DNA of 41,920 nt from an archaeon (GCA_039796495.1 JBDKJQ010000063.1:1-41920), one strand, 5' to 3'. Positions 1 to 8,917 are shown, numbered from the stretch's first letter. A program made the numbers and translations. The notes: generated by a model not told the origin, from the sequence alone.

Positions 1-171
1 CAATTTAAAGAACTCTCTTCTAATCAGCTCTTTTTTCATTAAAGAACTAAGAATCTCTATCCAATTTTATTTATGTAATCAATAACATATGTCCCTACGA
101 CATATGTCTGTGGGACGTACACAATGTATGATTATGCAAACAATTAAAAATGCTTTATTATTTCTAGGGAG

Positions 172-603
172 ATGATTAAGCCAGGAGATACCATCAGCGT
201 AGATTATGAAGGAAGATTAGAAAACGGAGAGGTATTTGATAGCTCAACTCATGGAGACCATTCTCATCCTCTCGAGTTTACGGTTGGTAGTGGAATGGTT
301 ATCAAGGGATTTGACAAGGGAGTTTTGGATATGAAGATTGGTGAAGAAAAAGAAATTGTAATTAAACCTGAAGAGGCATATGGGCGGGTAAATAAAAGTT
401 TATTTAAGGAGATTCCTAAAAGCTCATTTCAATTTGAGGAGGAGCCAGAAGTCGGTAAAAATTTGATGATCAGCCTTCCTGATGGCAGGCAATTTCAGAC
501 AAAAATTTTGAAGCTTGGCAAGAACACTATCACTATTGATCTTAATCACCCTCTTGCGGGAAAAACCTTAATTTTTAAGGTGAAGGTCTTGAATGTAACG
601 TAA
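172..603 (+). CDS. FKBP-type peptidyl-prolyl cis-trans isomerase, short SlyD-like archaeal form with insert-in-flap segment
   Basis: 143-aa ORF with the FKBP core signature 'GDTISVDYEGRLENGEVFDSS' and 'GSGMVIKGFDKGVLDMKIGEEK..PEEAYG'. The barrel closes with 'IDLNHPLAGKTLIFKVKVL' after an inserted segment. Confidence 0.85.
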   Translation: MIKPGDTISVDYEGRLENGEVFDSSTHGDHSHPLEFTVGSGMVIKGFDKGVLDMKIGEEKEIVIKPEEAYGRVNKSLFKEIPKSSFQFEEEPEVGKNLMISLPDGRQFQTKILKLGKNTITIDLNHPLAGKTLIFKVKVLNVT

Positions 604-631
604 ATTTAGAAAACCTTTAGGGACTATTTTA

Positions 632-2314
632 TTAATCGCTGATCATATCATCCCAGCTCTCTTTATTAGTCCTATAAGGATCCTCTGATTCTATGTCTTC
701 CATTTCCTGTGCCTTTCTGAAATCTTTTTCTAAAAAATCTTCATCTTTTTCAAATAAGGGTTGCTGGCTTTCTCTTTCATTTTTCTGAATGTCCAAAATA
801 AGTTTCATTTCATTATTGATGAAATACGTTGGCTTTTTACCGGAGTAGGTTAAGTAAAGGGTGTGTTTCGCCCGAGAAATTGCTACATAAAATAATCTTT
901 TTTCTTCATGCTCTTTGTTATAATCGTTTAGATTTAACAAATCCATTATTGGATGATCGGAATATTTGCAGGGAAAGTGTTGTTCATTGCATCCGATTAC
1001 AAATACAATATCTGCCTCAAGCCCCTTAATTGCATGAATCGTTGAAAGAGTAACCTCGTCTTTTTGCTGATAAAAGTCGTCTTCTTTTTTTATAACATAA
1101 GGAATGTTTTTCTGTTTGAGTCGCGTTGCAACATCGTTTAACTGTCTGTTTGTCCTTGCTAAAACAAATATCTTATTTTTTTTATGACCTGCTTGTATGA
1201 TCTTTTCTAATACGAAAGATAGCTCTTCAAATTCTGTAGAGAAATTATGTAAAAAAAGATTTTTATCTCCTTTATTATGAGCTTCTAAATTTATAAACTG
1301 TAAATCTTTAATCGCATTATTCATTAATGCGACTATATGTTGCGTGCTTCTGTAGTTTTTTGTGAGGATGATGGTTTCAGATTCCGGATATATTTGCCCA
1401 AACTGCAAGATATGGTTTATGTCCGATCCTCTCCATCCAAAAATAGACTGACGTGGATCTCCAACAACAAATAAATGAGGAGCACTAAAAACGTGTAACA
1501 GTTCTGTTTGCTGCATGTTTACGTCCTGATATTCATCAACAAGGACATAATCATATTGAGGTATGTAAGAGAGTTTTTTTTTAAAGAATTCCAGAGTATC
1601 GACTAATTGATCATTGAATGATCTGAAGCCATGGAGTTTGATATACTGATTAAGCGTCTTGCATACTAAAAATATCTGTCCCATTTTGCCAGAAACAAAT
1701 TTAGAAAGTTCTGAAATTTCCTGTTTTTTTGCCTTGCAATAATCAATTATAAAAAAACAGTCATTTAAGAAAATGGCTGTAAGCTCTTCTTTTGTTTTAT
1801 TCTTTTTTTGTAGCTCTGAAAAATAATCTTCGATTATATTATCTAATTTAAGATTCAGTGACTGTAGGGAAAAAGAAAGCGCAATAAGTTTGGTCGAGTG
1901 GTCCATCATGCGCACTGGCTTTCCATAAACCTGAAATTGATTATTTCGCAAAATTTTCTCGCAGAAAGAATTAAAAGTTTCTATATTTGTTGTTATGCCT
2001 GCCTGCACGAGACGCTCTTGCATTTCATGTCGTGCTTTTCTTGTAAAAGTTATGGCTAAAATTTTTTTTGGGTCAACCCCCTTATATTTTATGAGGAATT
2101 CTATCCTTTTGGTTAGTACAGTTGTTTTTCCTGAGCCGGCTCCTGCAATGCAGCAAATTCTTTTTTTATCAGAAATTATTGCCTTTTTTTGAAAGTCATT
2201 ATAGGGAGCAAAAAAATGATCGAGTTCTTGAAAGAGGTGTTTGTCTTCCTCAGTGATGATTGTTTGTTCGAACAGCTCTTTTCTTTCCGGAAGGATATTT
2301 GCGAGTTCACCCAT
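632..2314 (-). CDS. UvrD/Rep/PcrA-like superfamily-1 DNA helicase, compact form with a very short 2B region and an acidic C-terminal tail
   Basis: 560 aa. Motifs: Walker A 'AGAGSGKT', motif II 'VLVDEYQD', motif III 'GDPRQSIFGWRG', motif IV 'KNYRS', motif V 'TIHAIKGLEAD', motif VI 'FYVAISRAK'. Only ~105 aa lie between motifs IV and V. Confidence 0.85.
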   Translation of the reverse strand: MGELANILPERKELFEQTIITEEDKHLFQELDHFFAPYNDFQKKAIISDKKRICCIAGAGSGKTTVLTKRIEFLIKYKGVDPKKILAITFTRKARHEMQERLVQAGITTNIETFNSFCEKILRNNQFQVYGKPVRMMDHSTKLIALSFSLQSLNLKLDNIIEDYFSELQKKNKTKEELTAIFLNDCFFIIDYCKAKKQEISELSKFVSGKMGQIFLVCKTLNQYIKLHGFRSFNDQLVDTLEFFKKKLSYIPQYDYVLVDEYQDVNMQQTELLHVFSAPHLFVVGDPRQSIFGWRGSDINHILQFGQIYPESETIILTKNYRSTQHIVALMNNAIKDLQFINLEAHNKGDKNLFLHNFSTEFEELSFVLEKIIQAGHKKNKIFVLARTNRQLNDVATRLKQKNIPYVIKKEDDFYQQKDEVTLSTIHAIKGLEADIVFVIGCNEQHFPCKYSDHPIMDLLNLNDYNKEHEEKRLFYVAISRAKHTLYLTYSGKKPTYFINNEMKLILDIQKNERESQQPLFEKDEDFLEKDFRKAQEMEDIESEDPYRTNKESWDDMISD

Positions 2315-2340
2315 TTTAAGATTAAATGAGGAGGGAGAGT

Positions 2341-2349
2341 TATATAAAG
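2341..2349 (-). promoter_or_regulatory. TATA-box-like element upstream of the UvrD-like gene
   Basis: The minus strand reads 'ctttatata' about 30 nt upstream of the ATG at 2314. Same geometry as other gene starts in the window. Confidence 0.35.
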
Positions 2350-2556
2350 CTTATTGGCTTTTCATTTCTGAAATTTAAGTACTACTTTTATTTTATTAAA
2401 GATTATTAACACTACTTTCCCTATGCAGAAAGTTTTTAGCATCTATTGAAAGTTATTGCTGGAAGTATTTAGGTATTACCTTTGTGAAATTACTTATTAG
2501 TACTACGTCTTTAGAACATATAAATCTTTAAATATTCTCATTATTAAAAAATTAGT

Positions 2557-2856
2557 ATGGTGAAAGAAACAAATCCTTATGAATCTCCGAAAACTTATGA
2601 GCCTGATCGTTGGAAATGGGTGAGAAGGGGACTTTTTGCAAGCGCTGTAATTGGAGGAATCATAGGTTATTCTTTTTATTTAAACAAAAAACCCGCAGTC
2701 ACTAGACAGACAAAAAGAGTTGACCAGTTTACTAATTATGCTTTCGAAGGAGAAAGTATTGAATGGAAAATTCTTGTCATGGACGAAAACAAGATAGACT
2801 CAATAACTGACGTGGTTGCTACAATCGGCGATGTGCAAGGTGAAGGAAACAACTAA
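2557..2856 (+). CDS. hypothetical small single-pass membrane protein
   Basis: 99-aa ORF with one hydrophobic span 'GLFASAVIGGIIGYSFYL'. No recognisable family motif. Confidence 0.45.
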   Translation: MVKETNPYESPKTYEPDRWKWVRRGLFASAVIGGIIGYSFYLNKKPAVTRQTKRVDQFTNYAFEGESIEWKILVMDENKIDSITDVVATIGDVQGEGNN

Positions 2857-2904
2857 GTTCGTATAATGTATCTTGTGCGAATCTTTTGTATGTAAATTAT
2901 TGGT

Positions 2905-3291
2905 TTATGAGAAAATGAGAGTTTTTAAGAGAAATTGATCAAAACTCTGGGAAGGAGATCTCTTTCCAACCATCTTCATTTCATTCCTGGTTAAATCAGA
3001 TACTAGAGAAACTAACCCTAAAGGAGATTCGTACACCAAATTTATCAGCAATCTTTCTCGATAACCGGGTATGCCTTATCTTTCCAATAAATAAATGTTC
3101 CATTAAGAAGTAAATATTTGCCCTTGATTTCCGCGGGTTTTATATAAACTTCTTTGCTCCAATACCGACCCTCGCTATTTCTTATATCTTCTAGCACTAT
3201 ATTTCCGAGTCCTAGGAAATTAACAAAAGGGAGGGGGTGTAACTGGAAAATTAATTTTAATAGACTGATTTTTGAAAAGTAAGGTACTCAT
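2905..3291 (-). pseudogene. frameshifted remnant of an unidentified gene
   Basis: Minus-strand ATG at 3291 sits ~24 nt downstream of a 'cttaaataa' TATA-like box. Reading is 'MSTLLFKNQSIKINFPVTPPPFC*', then in another frame 'VNFLGLGNIVLEDIRNSEGRYWSKEVYIKPAEIKGKYLLLNGTFIYWKDKAYPVIEKDC*', then further fragments ('..RKIADKFGV..', '..LVSDLTRNEMKMVGKRSPSQSFDQFLLKTLIFS*') in the other frames. No intact ORF of 60 aa or more. Confidence 0.3.
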
Positions 3292-3381
3292 GCCGGAGTA
3301 ACCTAGAAGGGTTATTTAAGTTTTTCTTATACTTGTTTACTTTATTGTGCCATAGTTATTTTAAATTTTATTCATGTAGAA

Positions 3382-3404
3382 ACTTTTTAGCAATGCTAAA
3401 AAGT
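3382..3404. repeat. 23-nt perfect palindrome 'actttttagca a tgctaaaaagt'
   Basis: I verified 11 + 1 + 11 nt base by base. It lies ~90 nt upstream of the degraded minus-strand ORF. Function unknown; a dimeric regulator site or a hairpin are both possible. Confidence 0.7.
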
Positions 3405-3701
3405 ATTCTCAAGAAATTTAGGGGTTGAGATTGATAAAACTAGGGTTCATACCGATAACAGTCCTACTATGTTTACATGCTTTGTATTAAGATATATCCT
3501 AAGGTTCTGTGAAAATCTTTATATAATTTTTATTGTCCTTAGCCGAACTTGGATAATTAGTACTGCTTAAAGTCTGCTCTGTTCAGACTCTATTCTAGGA
3601 TATTCATTGAATCAACTGGAAAAGACCTCATTTAGTTATTTTTATAGAGGGTTAAATTAATAGAAAAACTTTAAGATAAAAAATTAAGAGGATAGATGAA
3701 G

Positions 3702-3914
3702 CTATCTGTGTTTACAGGGACACCACTTTTTTAATAGCATCAATGCTGCCGCAACAATTATGACCCATTTTGCCCATGAAGTCATATACCATTTTGGAAC
3801 TAAAGTTACTACTAAGATTACTATTGGAAGACTCCAAGAAAATGTAGAACAAGCACCGCAATCGTAGCACGTGTTATCAACATTCATTGATCTGTTAATA
3901 GATTTTTTTGCCAT
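3702..3914 (-). CDS. hypothetical Cys-rich two-TM mini membrane protein
   Basis: 70 aa. N-terminal 'CYDCGAC' cluster, two hydrophobic spans, C-terminal 'CPCKH'. Confidence 0.5.
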   Translation of the reverse strand: MAKKSINRSMNVDNTCYDCGACSTFSWSLPIVILVVTLVPKWYMTSWAKWVIIVAAALMLLKKWCPCKHR

Positions 3915-4044
3915 TTACTCCTCTTTTATTTATTTTTATGATCACGATTTTGGCTTATTTAAACATTATGTTTCTAATAATCTTTTAGAGAAGTTTATAC
4001 CTTTAATTTTAATTCTTACTAGCATTGGAAATTAAATGAAAAGA

Positions 4045-4054
4045 TTTATAAATA
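4045..4054 (+). promoter_or_regulatory. TATA-box-like element, leaderless-type spacing
   Basis: 'tttataaata' centred ~25 nt upstream of the ATG at 4074. Confidence 0.4.
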
Positions 4055-4073
4055 ATTAAAATTTGGTAAGGTT

Positions 4074-4697
4074 ATGTTTTGGTTTTTTAAAAAAAGAGAT
4101 GAAAAAAATGATATTATTGTTATTAAAAGTGCTGTTCAAACAGGCTTTTCTAATGTTAAGAATGATATAAACAACTTAACTAAATGGATTAAACACCTTG
4201 ATTCTCGAGATACGGCATTAAAACGGCAGGTTAACGGTATTACCGACGACTTTTCTGTTCTTAAAGATGAAGTTGAGCAACTGAAAAATATTATTTCTCT
4301 TATTGGCGAAAGGCCAATATTCAAACAGAAACAAACACTATTTCGTAAACAAACGGGTGTTTATAGTAATTTAAACACTGTTCAAACAGATGTTCAAACA
4401 TCTATTTTAAATAATCTAACTGCTCATGAAAGAGCAATAGTATTCCTTTTGCTTAATTCAGATATGAAGTTAAGTTATGAGGATTTAGCGGCAATGCTTG
4501 GAAAGAATAAAGCGACTATTCGAGGTCAGGTGAATAATATAAAACAGAAAAGTGAAGGGTTCATTGAAGAGATAATTGGAGAAAGTAACAAGAAGAGGAT
4601 ATTCATACCAGAGAAAACTAAAGAATTATTGCTTAAAATAAGAAAAGTGAGAGGTAGATCTAAAGAAAAATTAGAGGGACATGAAAGAAATGAATAA
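4074..4697 (+). CDS. coiled-coil plus C-terminal winged-helix (MarR/TrmB-like) DNA-binding protein
   Basis: 207 aa. N-terminal heptad-like region 'NDINNLTKWIKHLDSRDTALKRQVNGITDDFSVLKDEVEQLKNII'. C-terminal 'LTAHERAIVFLLLNSDMKLSYEDLAAMLGKNKATIRGQVNNIKQK' has the wHTH pattern. Paralogous in architecture to 4962..5657. Confidence 0.6.
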   Translation: MFWFFKKRDEKNDIIVIKSAVQTGFSNVKNDINNLTKWIKHLDSRDTALKRQVNGITDDFSVLKDEVEQLKNIISLIGERPIFKQKQTLFRKQTGVYSNLNTVQTDVQTSILNNLTAHERAIVFLLLNSDMKLSYEDLAAMLGKNKATIRGQVNNIKQKSEGFIEEIIGESNKKRIFIPEKTKELLLKIRKVRGRSKEKLEGHERNE

Positions 4698-4961
4698 ATT
4701 ACATAGCAAAAGGTTGAAAAGTGAGAGTTTTTTCATGAATCTATCCATGATAAAGAGAGAGCTAAAGTATAGTCTAGATATTTTACAGAAAAGAGAGTTT
4801 AAATTGTTACAAATAAAAAGAAGAAGTATTATTGTGAGATGGGTGGAAAGAAAATTATAAAGGCTAAAATTATAAAATTTTGTCTTTTTAAGCTTTAAAA
4901 ATATCGCAGAGGTTTGTTTAGCCTATGCTTTATTATTTTTATTCGTTACAACGAAATTAAG

Positions 4962-5657
4962 TTATATTTCCCTTAATCGTATAATTGTTGAGAGTGAAGC
5001 TATTTTTTTTAAATCAGGTGCTATTTTGAGTAGGATTTTTTTATTATTTATTTTTTCCTTTTTAATAGGAATCCCTTTATTAGTCATACGATGAACATAG
5101 TCCCTAATAGAGCTTTCACTTAATTCCAATAATCGGGAGAGTAGGGTATAAGTTATTTCTTGTTGATTTTGTTCTTCTAGTTGATAAATGGTTGAAAAAA
5201 CAAGCATTTCTTGATGAGTTAGGTGCTTAAACTTTAATCGTATATCTTTCTTAAGATTATCCAAAGAGCTAAGGATTTCCGTTGCTTCCTGAAGGTTATG
5301 TTCGATTGATTTTAGGCTATTTGCAGAGGATATATTTGTTGATTTGTCTGTTGGTCTGTCTGTCTGTCTGTCTGTTGGAACCCCTTCATTTCTCATAGAA
5401 ATAGACAAATTTTGGTCTTTTAACCCCTTAATTTCCATTGGAACTGTTGGATTTTGTGTTGGATTCGCAGAGTTCGTATGAATTATCTGTTGGAGTGTCG
5501 AAAGAAGGTTATTAGTAAATTGCTGGCTATAATGGAGCCGTTTAAGACTTTCTTGAATATCTGAAAAAAAAATATTTATTTTTAAAAGCTCTTCATGCAA
5601 AAACTGAACATCTTGTTTAACTTTATGAAAGGCAGATTTTATATGGTCATTTTCCAT
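4962..5657 (-). CDS. coiled-coil plus C-terminal winged-helix DNA-binding protein, paralog of 4074..4697
   Basis: 231 aa. N-terminal 'HKVKQDVQFLHEELLKIN', a low-complexity middle 'PTDRQTDRPTDKST', and C-terminal 'LTHQEMLVFSTIYQLEE...ITYTLLSRLLELSESSIRDYVHRMTNKGIPI' with the wHTH pattern. Confidence 0.6.
   Translation of the reverse strand: MENDHIKSAFHKVKQDVQFLHEELLKINIFFSDIQESLKRLHYSQQFTNNLLSTLQQIIHTNSANPTQNPTVPMEIKGLKDQNLSISMRNEGVPTDRQTDRPTDKSTNISSANSLKSIEHNLQEATEILSSLDNLKKDIRLKFKHLTHQEMLVFSTIYQLEEQNQQEITYTLLSRLLELSESSIRDYVHRMTNKGIPIKKEKINNKKILLKIAPDLKKIASLSTIIRLREI
5354..5374. repeat. tetranucleotide microsatellite (GTCT)5 inside the coding sequence
   Basis: 'g gtct gtct gtct gtct gtct g' counted base by base, with a related 'tgtctgttgg' just upstream. 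It encodes the 'TDRQTDR' stretch on the minus strand. Confidence 0.9.
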
Positions 5658-5687
5658 TGGTTCTAAAGACCTACTTCTTATTTAAAT

Positions 5688-5960
5688 TTATTTGGGATAT
5701 TTGGCGTAAAAAAGATCATACACCTTGTTGGAAAGTTTCCAGCGCATCCTTCTTGAAAAAAGATCTCCTTTGGCATTCTTGTTTATAGAAATAACTAACT
5801 TTTTTTCCCGCAACTCTATCAATAATCTTTTTATAAATTCTTCATCACGCGCTATTTCTTTTGCTATTTCCGAGGTAAACGGAAATTTCGGAAAACGATC
5901 ATAAAGATAGGAAAGAATCTGCTCAATAATCTTGTCTTTTTTTTGTTGGCCCAGTTTCAT
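5688..5960 (-). CDS. small winged-helix DNA-binding protein
   Basis: 90 aa. 'FTSEIAKEIARDEEFIKRLLIELREKKLVISINKNAKG' shows the HTH-plus-wing pattern. It lies 30 nt upstream of, and co-oriented with, 4962..5657, so a probable operon. Confidence 0.6.
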   Translation of the reverse strand: MKLGQQKKDKIIEQILSYLYDRFPKFPFTSEIAKEIARDEEFIKRLLIELREKKLVISINKNAKGDLFSRRMRWKLSNKVYDLFYAKYPK

Positions 5961-6087
5961 AAACTATTTAAATGAAAACAATTTTTAAATGTGTTGATGA
6001 TAGAATACAGGATTTATAATCGGGGATTTTTCTCCAAAATTCTATCTCCTTTTACTTAGGTATGAGAGAATATCAACGCTTAAAGAC

Positions 6088-8667
6088 ATGGACTCCCTTA
6101 TCACTTATGCGCGTATACGAGAAAAATATGAACTAATGGCTATTCTTGACCCCCTTATCCAAGAGTGGTTCTTTAAAAAATTTAAAACATTTTCCGAAAG
6201 CCAGCTCTATGGTGTTATGTATATCTACGAACGCAAGAACATCCTTATTTCGGCCAGTACTGGTAGTGGAAAGACCCTTACCAGTTTCCTAAGCATTCTT
6301 AATTATTTGGTTCAATTAGCTAGAAAAAATGAACTAGAGAGCAAAATTTACTGCGTTTATTCTAGTCCTCTCAAAGCATTAAATAATGACATTTATATAA
6401 ATCTTGTCAGGCCTTTAGAAGAAATATATACCTTGGCTGAATCTAAGGGAATCTCTCTTCAAAAAATAAGAGTTGGGTTGCGTACAGGAGATACAACTGG
6501 CGCGGAAAAAGCAAAAATGCTTAAACAACCTCCTCACCTTTTTGTCACTACGCCTGAAAGTCTCGCTATTTCGTTAACAACCACCAAGTTCATAGAATTT
6601 TTTTATGGAGTTGAATTCGTAATAATTGACGAGATACACTCTTTAGGGAACAAACGAGGAGTATATTTGAGTCTTAGCTTAGAGCGTCTTGAAGAGATAA
6701 GCAATATTACTCCAGTGCGAATAGGATTAAGTGCTACCATCGCCCCTTTGGAAGAGGTAGCATTTTTTTTAGTGGGAAATGAACGAGAGTGTTTGATTGC
6801 CGATGTGCGGATTGAGAAAAAAATAGAGATAAAGGTTCTTACCGGTGTTGAAAACTTGATGGAATCTCCAGAACGCGACTTTCATTCTTCACTGTATTCA
6901 TTAATTGATGGACTAATCCAAAGTCATACGACCACTCTTATCTTCACTAACACGCGAGCAGCAACCGAACGAGTGGTCAATCATTTAAAGGAGTTATTTC
7001 CTGAAAAATATATTGAGAATATAGAAGCCTATCATTCTTCCCTCAGCAAAGAGCATCGATTTGGAGTCGAAGATAAATTACGGCAGGGGGCATTGAAAGT
7101 TGTCGTGAGTTCAACAAGCTTGGAGTTAGGTATTGACATCGGATTTATCGATTTGGTGGTATTATTAGGAAGTCCAAAAAGTAGCGCCCGTGCATTGCAA
7201 CGGATCGGGAGAGCAGGGCATAAGCTTCATGATATCTCCAAGGGAAGATTTATTGTTTTGGGCAGAGATGATTTAATAGAGAGTAGCATTCTTGCAAAAG
7301 AGTGTGTTGAGCGCAAAATAGATCATATTCATATTCCAAAAAACTGCTTGGATGTATTAAGCCAGCAGATATATGGTATGTGTATTCATAAGAATTGGGA
7401 TATTGAGACATTACTTCTACTTATCAAAAAGAGTTATTGTTATAAGGACCTATCCAAAGAAGATTTTATGAGCGTCATTAGTTATCTTGCAGGAGAATAT
7501 GCACTTGAACACCGAAATGTATATGCAAAAATATGGTATGATAAAAAAACTAAACAGGTGGGTAAAAAGGGAAAGCTGGCTCGTGTTATCTATCTAACCA
7601 ACATCGGTACGATTCCCGAGGAAAGCTTTATCACGGTGGTAAGTAACGATATTAAAATTGGAGCGATTGATGAAGCATTTCTTGAAAAAATGAAACCAGG
7701 AGATGTGTTTGTATTAGGAGGTAAGAAATATCAGTTTATACATACACGTGGAATGAAAGCCTACGTACGATCGGATGTTAAAAGAAATCCCACTATCCCT
7801 AGTTGGTTTTCTGAACAATTACCCTTAAGTTTTGAGTCAGCGCTAGAAATTGGAAGGTTTAGAAGACATGTACATGAACTGTTCACTAAACAGGAAAATG
7901 AAGGGGTTATTAAAAAATTTGTTGAAGGTTATTGTTATATTGATGAAAGAGTTGCTGAGCAGATATATCATTATTTTTATGAACAGTTCTCTTTTTCAAA
8001 AATCCCTCATGAGAATAGGATGATTATTGAATGTTATAAGGGCAAAAAAAATTACGTCATTTTTCACAGTTTATATGGTCGAAGGGTCAACGACGCTCTC
8101 TCACGATCTCTGGGTTATTTAATGGGGCAAAAGATTGGTAGGGATATTGAAATCGGGATTAACGATAACGGATTTTATTTTGCTGGAGAGATGCTACCTT
8201 TTGAAGAAGCTCTTCAAGTACTGCAACCAGAGAATATACGCGAAGTGCTTGAAGAGGCGATTGCTAAATCCGAGATTTTAAAAAGAAGATTTCGGCACTG
8301 CGCTACCCGCAGCCTTATGATTATCCGAAGCTATAAAGGGCATACAAAAACAGTAGGTAAACAACATATGAAGTCCCATTTTTTATTATCGGCTGTTAAT
8401 AAAATCAGCAAAAATTTTCCTATCTTGAAGGAGGCTCGACGTGAAGTTTTAGAAGATTTGATGGACATTCATAACGCGGAGCGCGTTATGCACTGGATTA
8501 AAAAGGGAAAGGTGTGCATAGAGAAAGTACACACAACTATTCCTAGCCCGTTTGCCCTCAGCTTAGTATTACAGGGACACAGTGATCTAATGAAAATGGA
8601 AGATAAAATGAAATTTATGAAACGAATGCATGAAGAGATACTCAAGGGCATTGGTAGAAAAAAATAA
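6088..8667 (+). CDS. lhr: Lhr-type (large helicase-related) DEAH-box superfamily-2 helicase
   Basis: 859 aa. Motifs: Walker A 'SASTGSGKT', 'IIDEIHSL', 'LSATIA', the Lhr-typical 'AYHSSLSKEHR', motif VI 'QRIGRAGH'. A long C-terminal winged-helix/DEAD-associated region follows. Confidence 0.85.
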   Translation: MDSLITYARIREKYELMAILDPLIQEWFFKKFKTFSESQLYGVMYIYERKNILISASTGSGKTLTSFLSILNYLVQLARKNELESKIYCVYSSPLKALNNDIYINLVRPLEEIYTLAESKGISLQKIRVGLRTGDTTGAEKAKMLKQPPHLFVTTPESLAISLTTTKFIEFFYGVEFVIIDEIHSLGNKRGVYLSLSLERLEEISNITPVRIGLSATIAPLEEVAFFLVGNERECLIADVRIEKKIEIKVLTGVENLMESPERDFHSSLYSLIDGLIQSHTTTLIFTNTRAATERVVNHLKELFPEKYIENIEAYHSSLSKEHRFGVEDKLRQGALKVVVSSTSLELGIDIGFIDLVVLLGSPKSSARALQRIGRAGHKLHDISKGRFIVLGRDDLIESSILAKECVERKIDHIHIPKNCLDVLSQQIYGMCIHKNWDIETLLLLIKKSYCYKDLSKEDFMSVISYLAGEYALEHRNVYAKIWYDKKTKQVGKKGKLARVIYLTNIGTIPEESFITVVSNDIKIGAIDEAFLEKMKPGDVFVLGGKKYQFIHTRGMKAYVRSDVKRNPTIPSWFSEQLPLSFESALEIGRFRRHVHELFTKQENEGVIKKFVEGYCYIDERVAEQIYHYFYEQFSFSKIPHENRMIIECYKGKKNYVIFHSLYGRRVNDALSRSLGYLMGQKIGRDIEIGINDNGFYFAGEMLPFEEALQVLQPENIREVLEEAIAKSEILKRRFRHCATRSLMIIRSYKGHTKTVGKQHMKSHFLLSAVNKISKNFPILKEARREVLEDLMDIHNAERVMHWIKKGKVCIEKVHTTIPSPFALSLVLQGHSDLMKMEDKMKFMKRMHEEILKGIGRKK

Positions 8668-8917
8668 AGATTTCATTATGGACACTCAAAACAATTTGTT
8701 GGTACATTATTTTTAAAGCTGCAGAAACCGAGAGTATATCGAGAGGAGTGGTAAGAATATCCCGAGGGTGCAAAAAGTAACTTGTTTGAGAAAGAAAGTG
8801 AGGAGAAGTTTTTTATTATTCCACACAAAGAATTACAAGAATTCGAAGTGGCCATTTATAATGACATAGAAAAAAAGTATATTATTTTGGAAAACTAAAG
8901 AAGTTTGTCAGGGTATC

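Noticed and set aside
3421-3470. 'agggttcataccg' looked superficially like a tRNA T-arm. I also scanned the whole window for GGTTCGAATCC / GGTTCAAATCC-type T-loops.
   Set aside because: The flanks cannot form a T-stem or acceptor stem, and no tRNA-like cloverleaf was found anywhere in the window.
4735-4860. 41-codon basic ORF 'MNLSMIKRELKYSLDILQKREFKLLQIKRRSIIVRWVERKL' in the convergent spacer between the two wHTH paralogs
   Set aside because: No SD or TATA at appropriate spacing, and no motif. Short ORFs of this size are expected by chance in AT-rich DNA.
8668-8917. 250-nt spacer after lhr containing a stop-free stretch translating to '..EKESEEKFFIIPHKELQEFEVAIYNDIEKKYIILEN*'
   Set aside because: No in-frame ATG with promoter or SD signal and only ~45 codons. 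Possibly a gene remnant, but there is not enough evidence.
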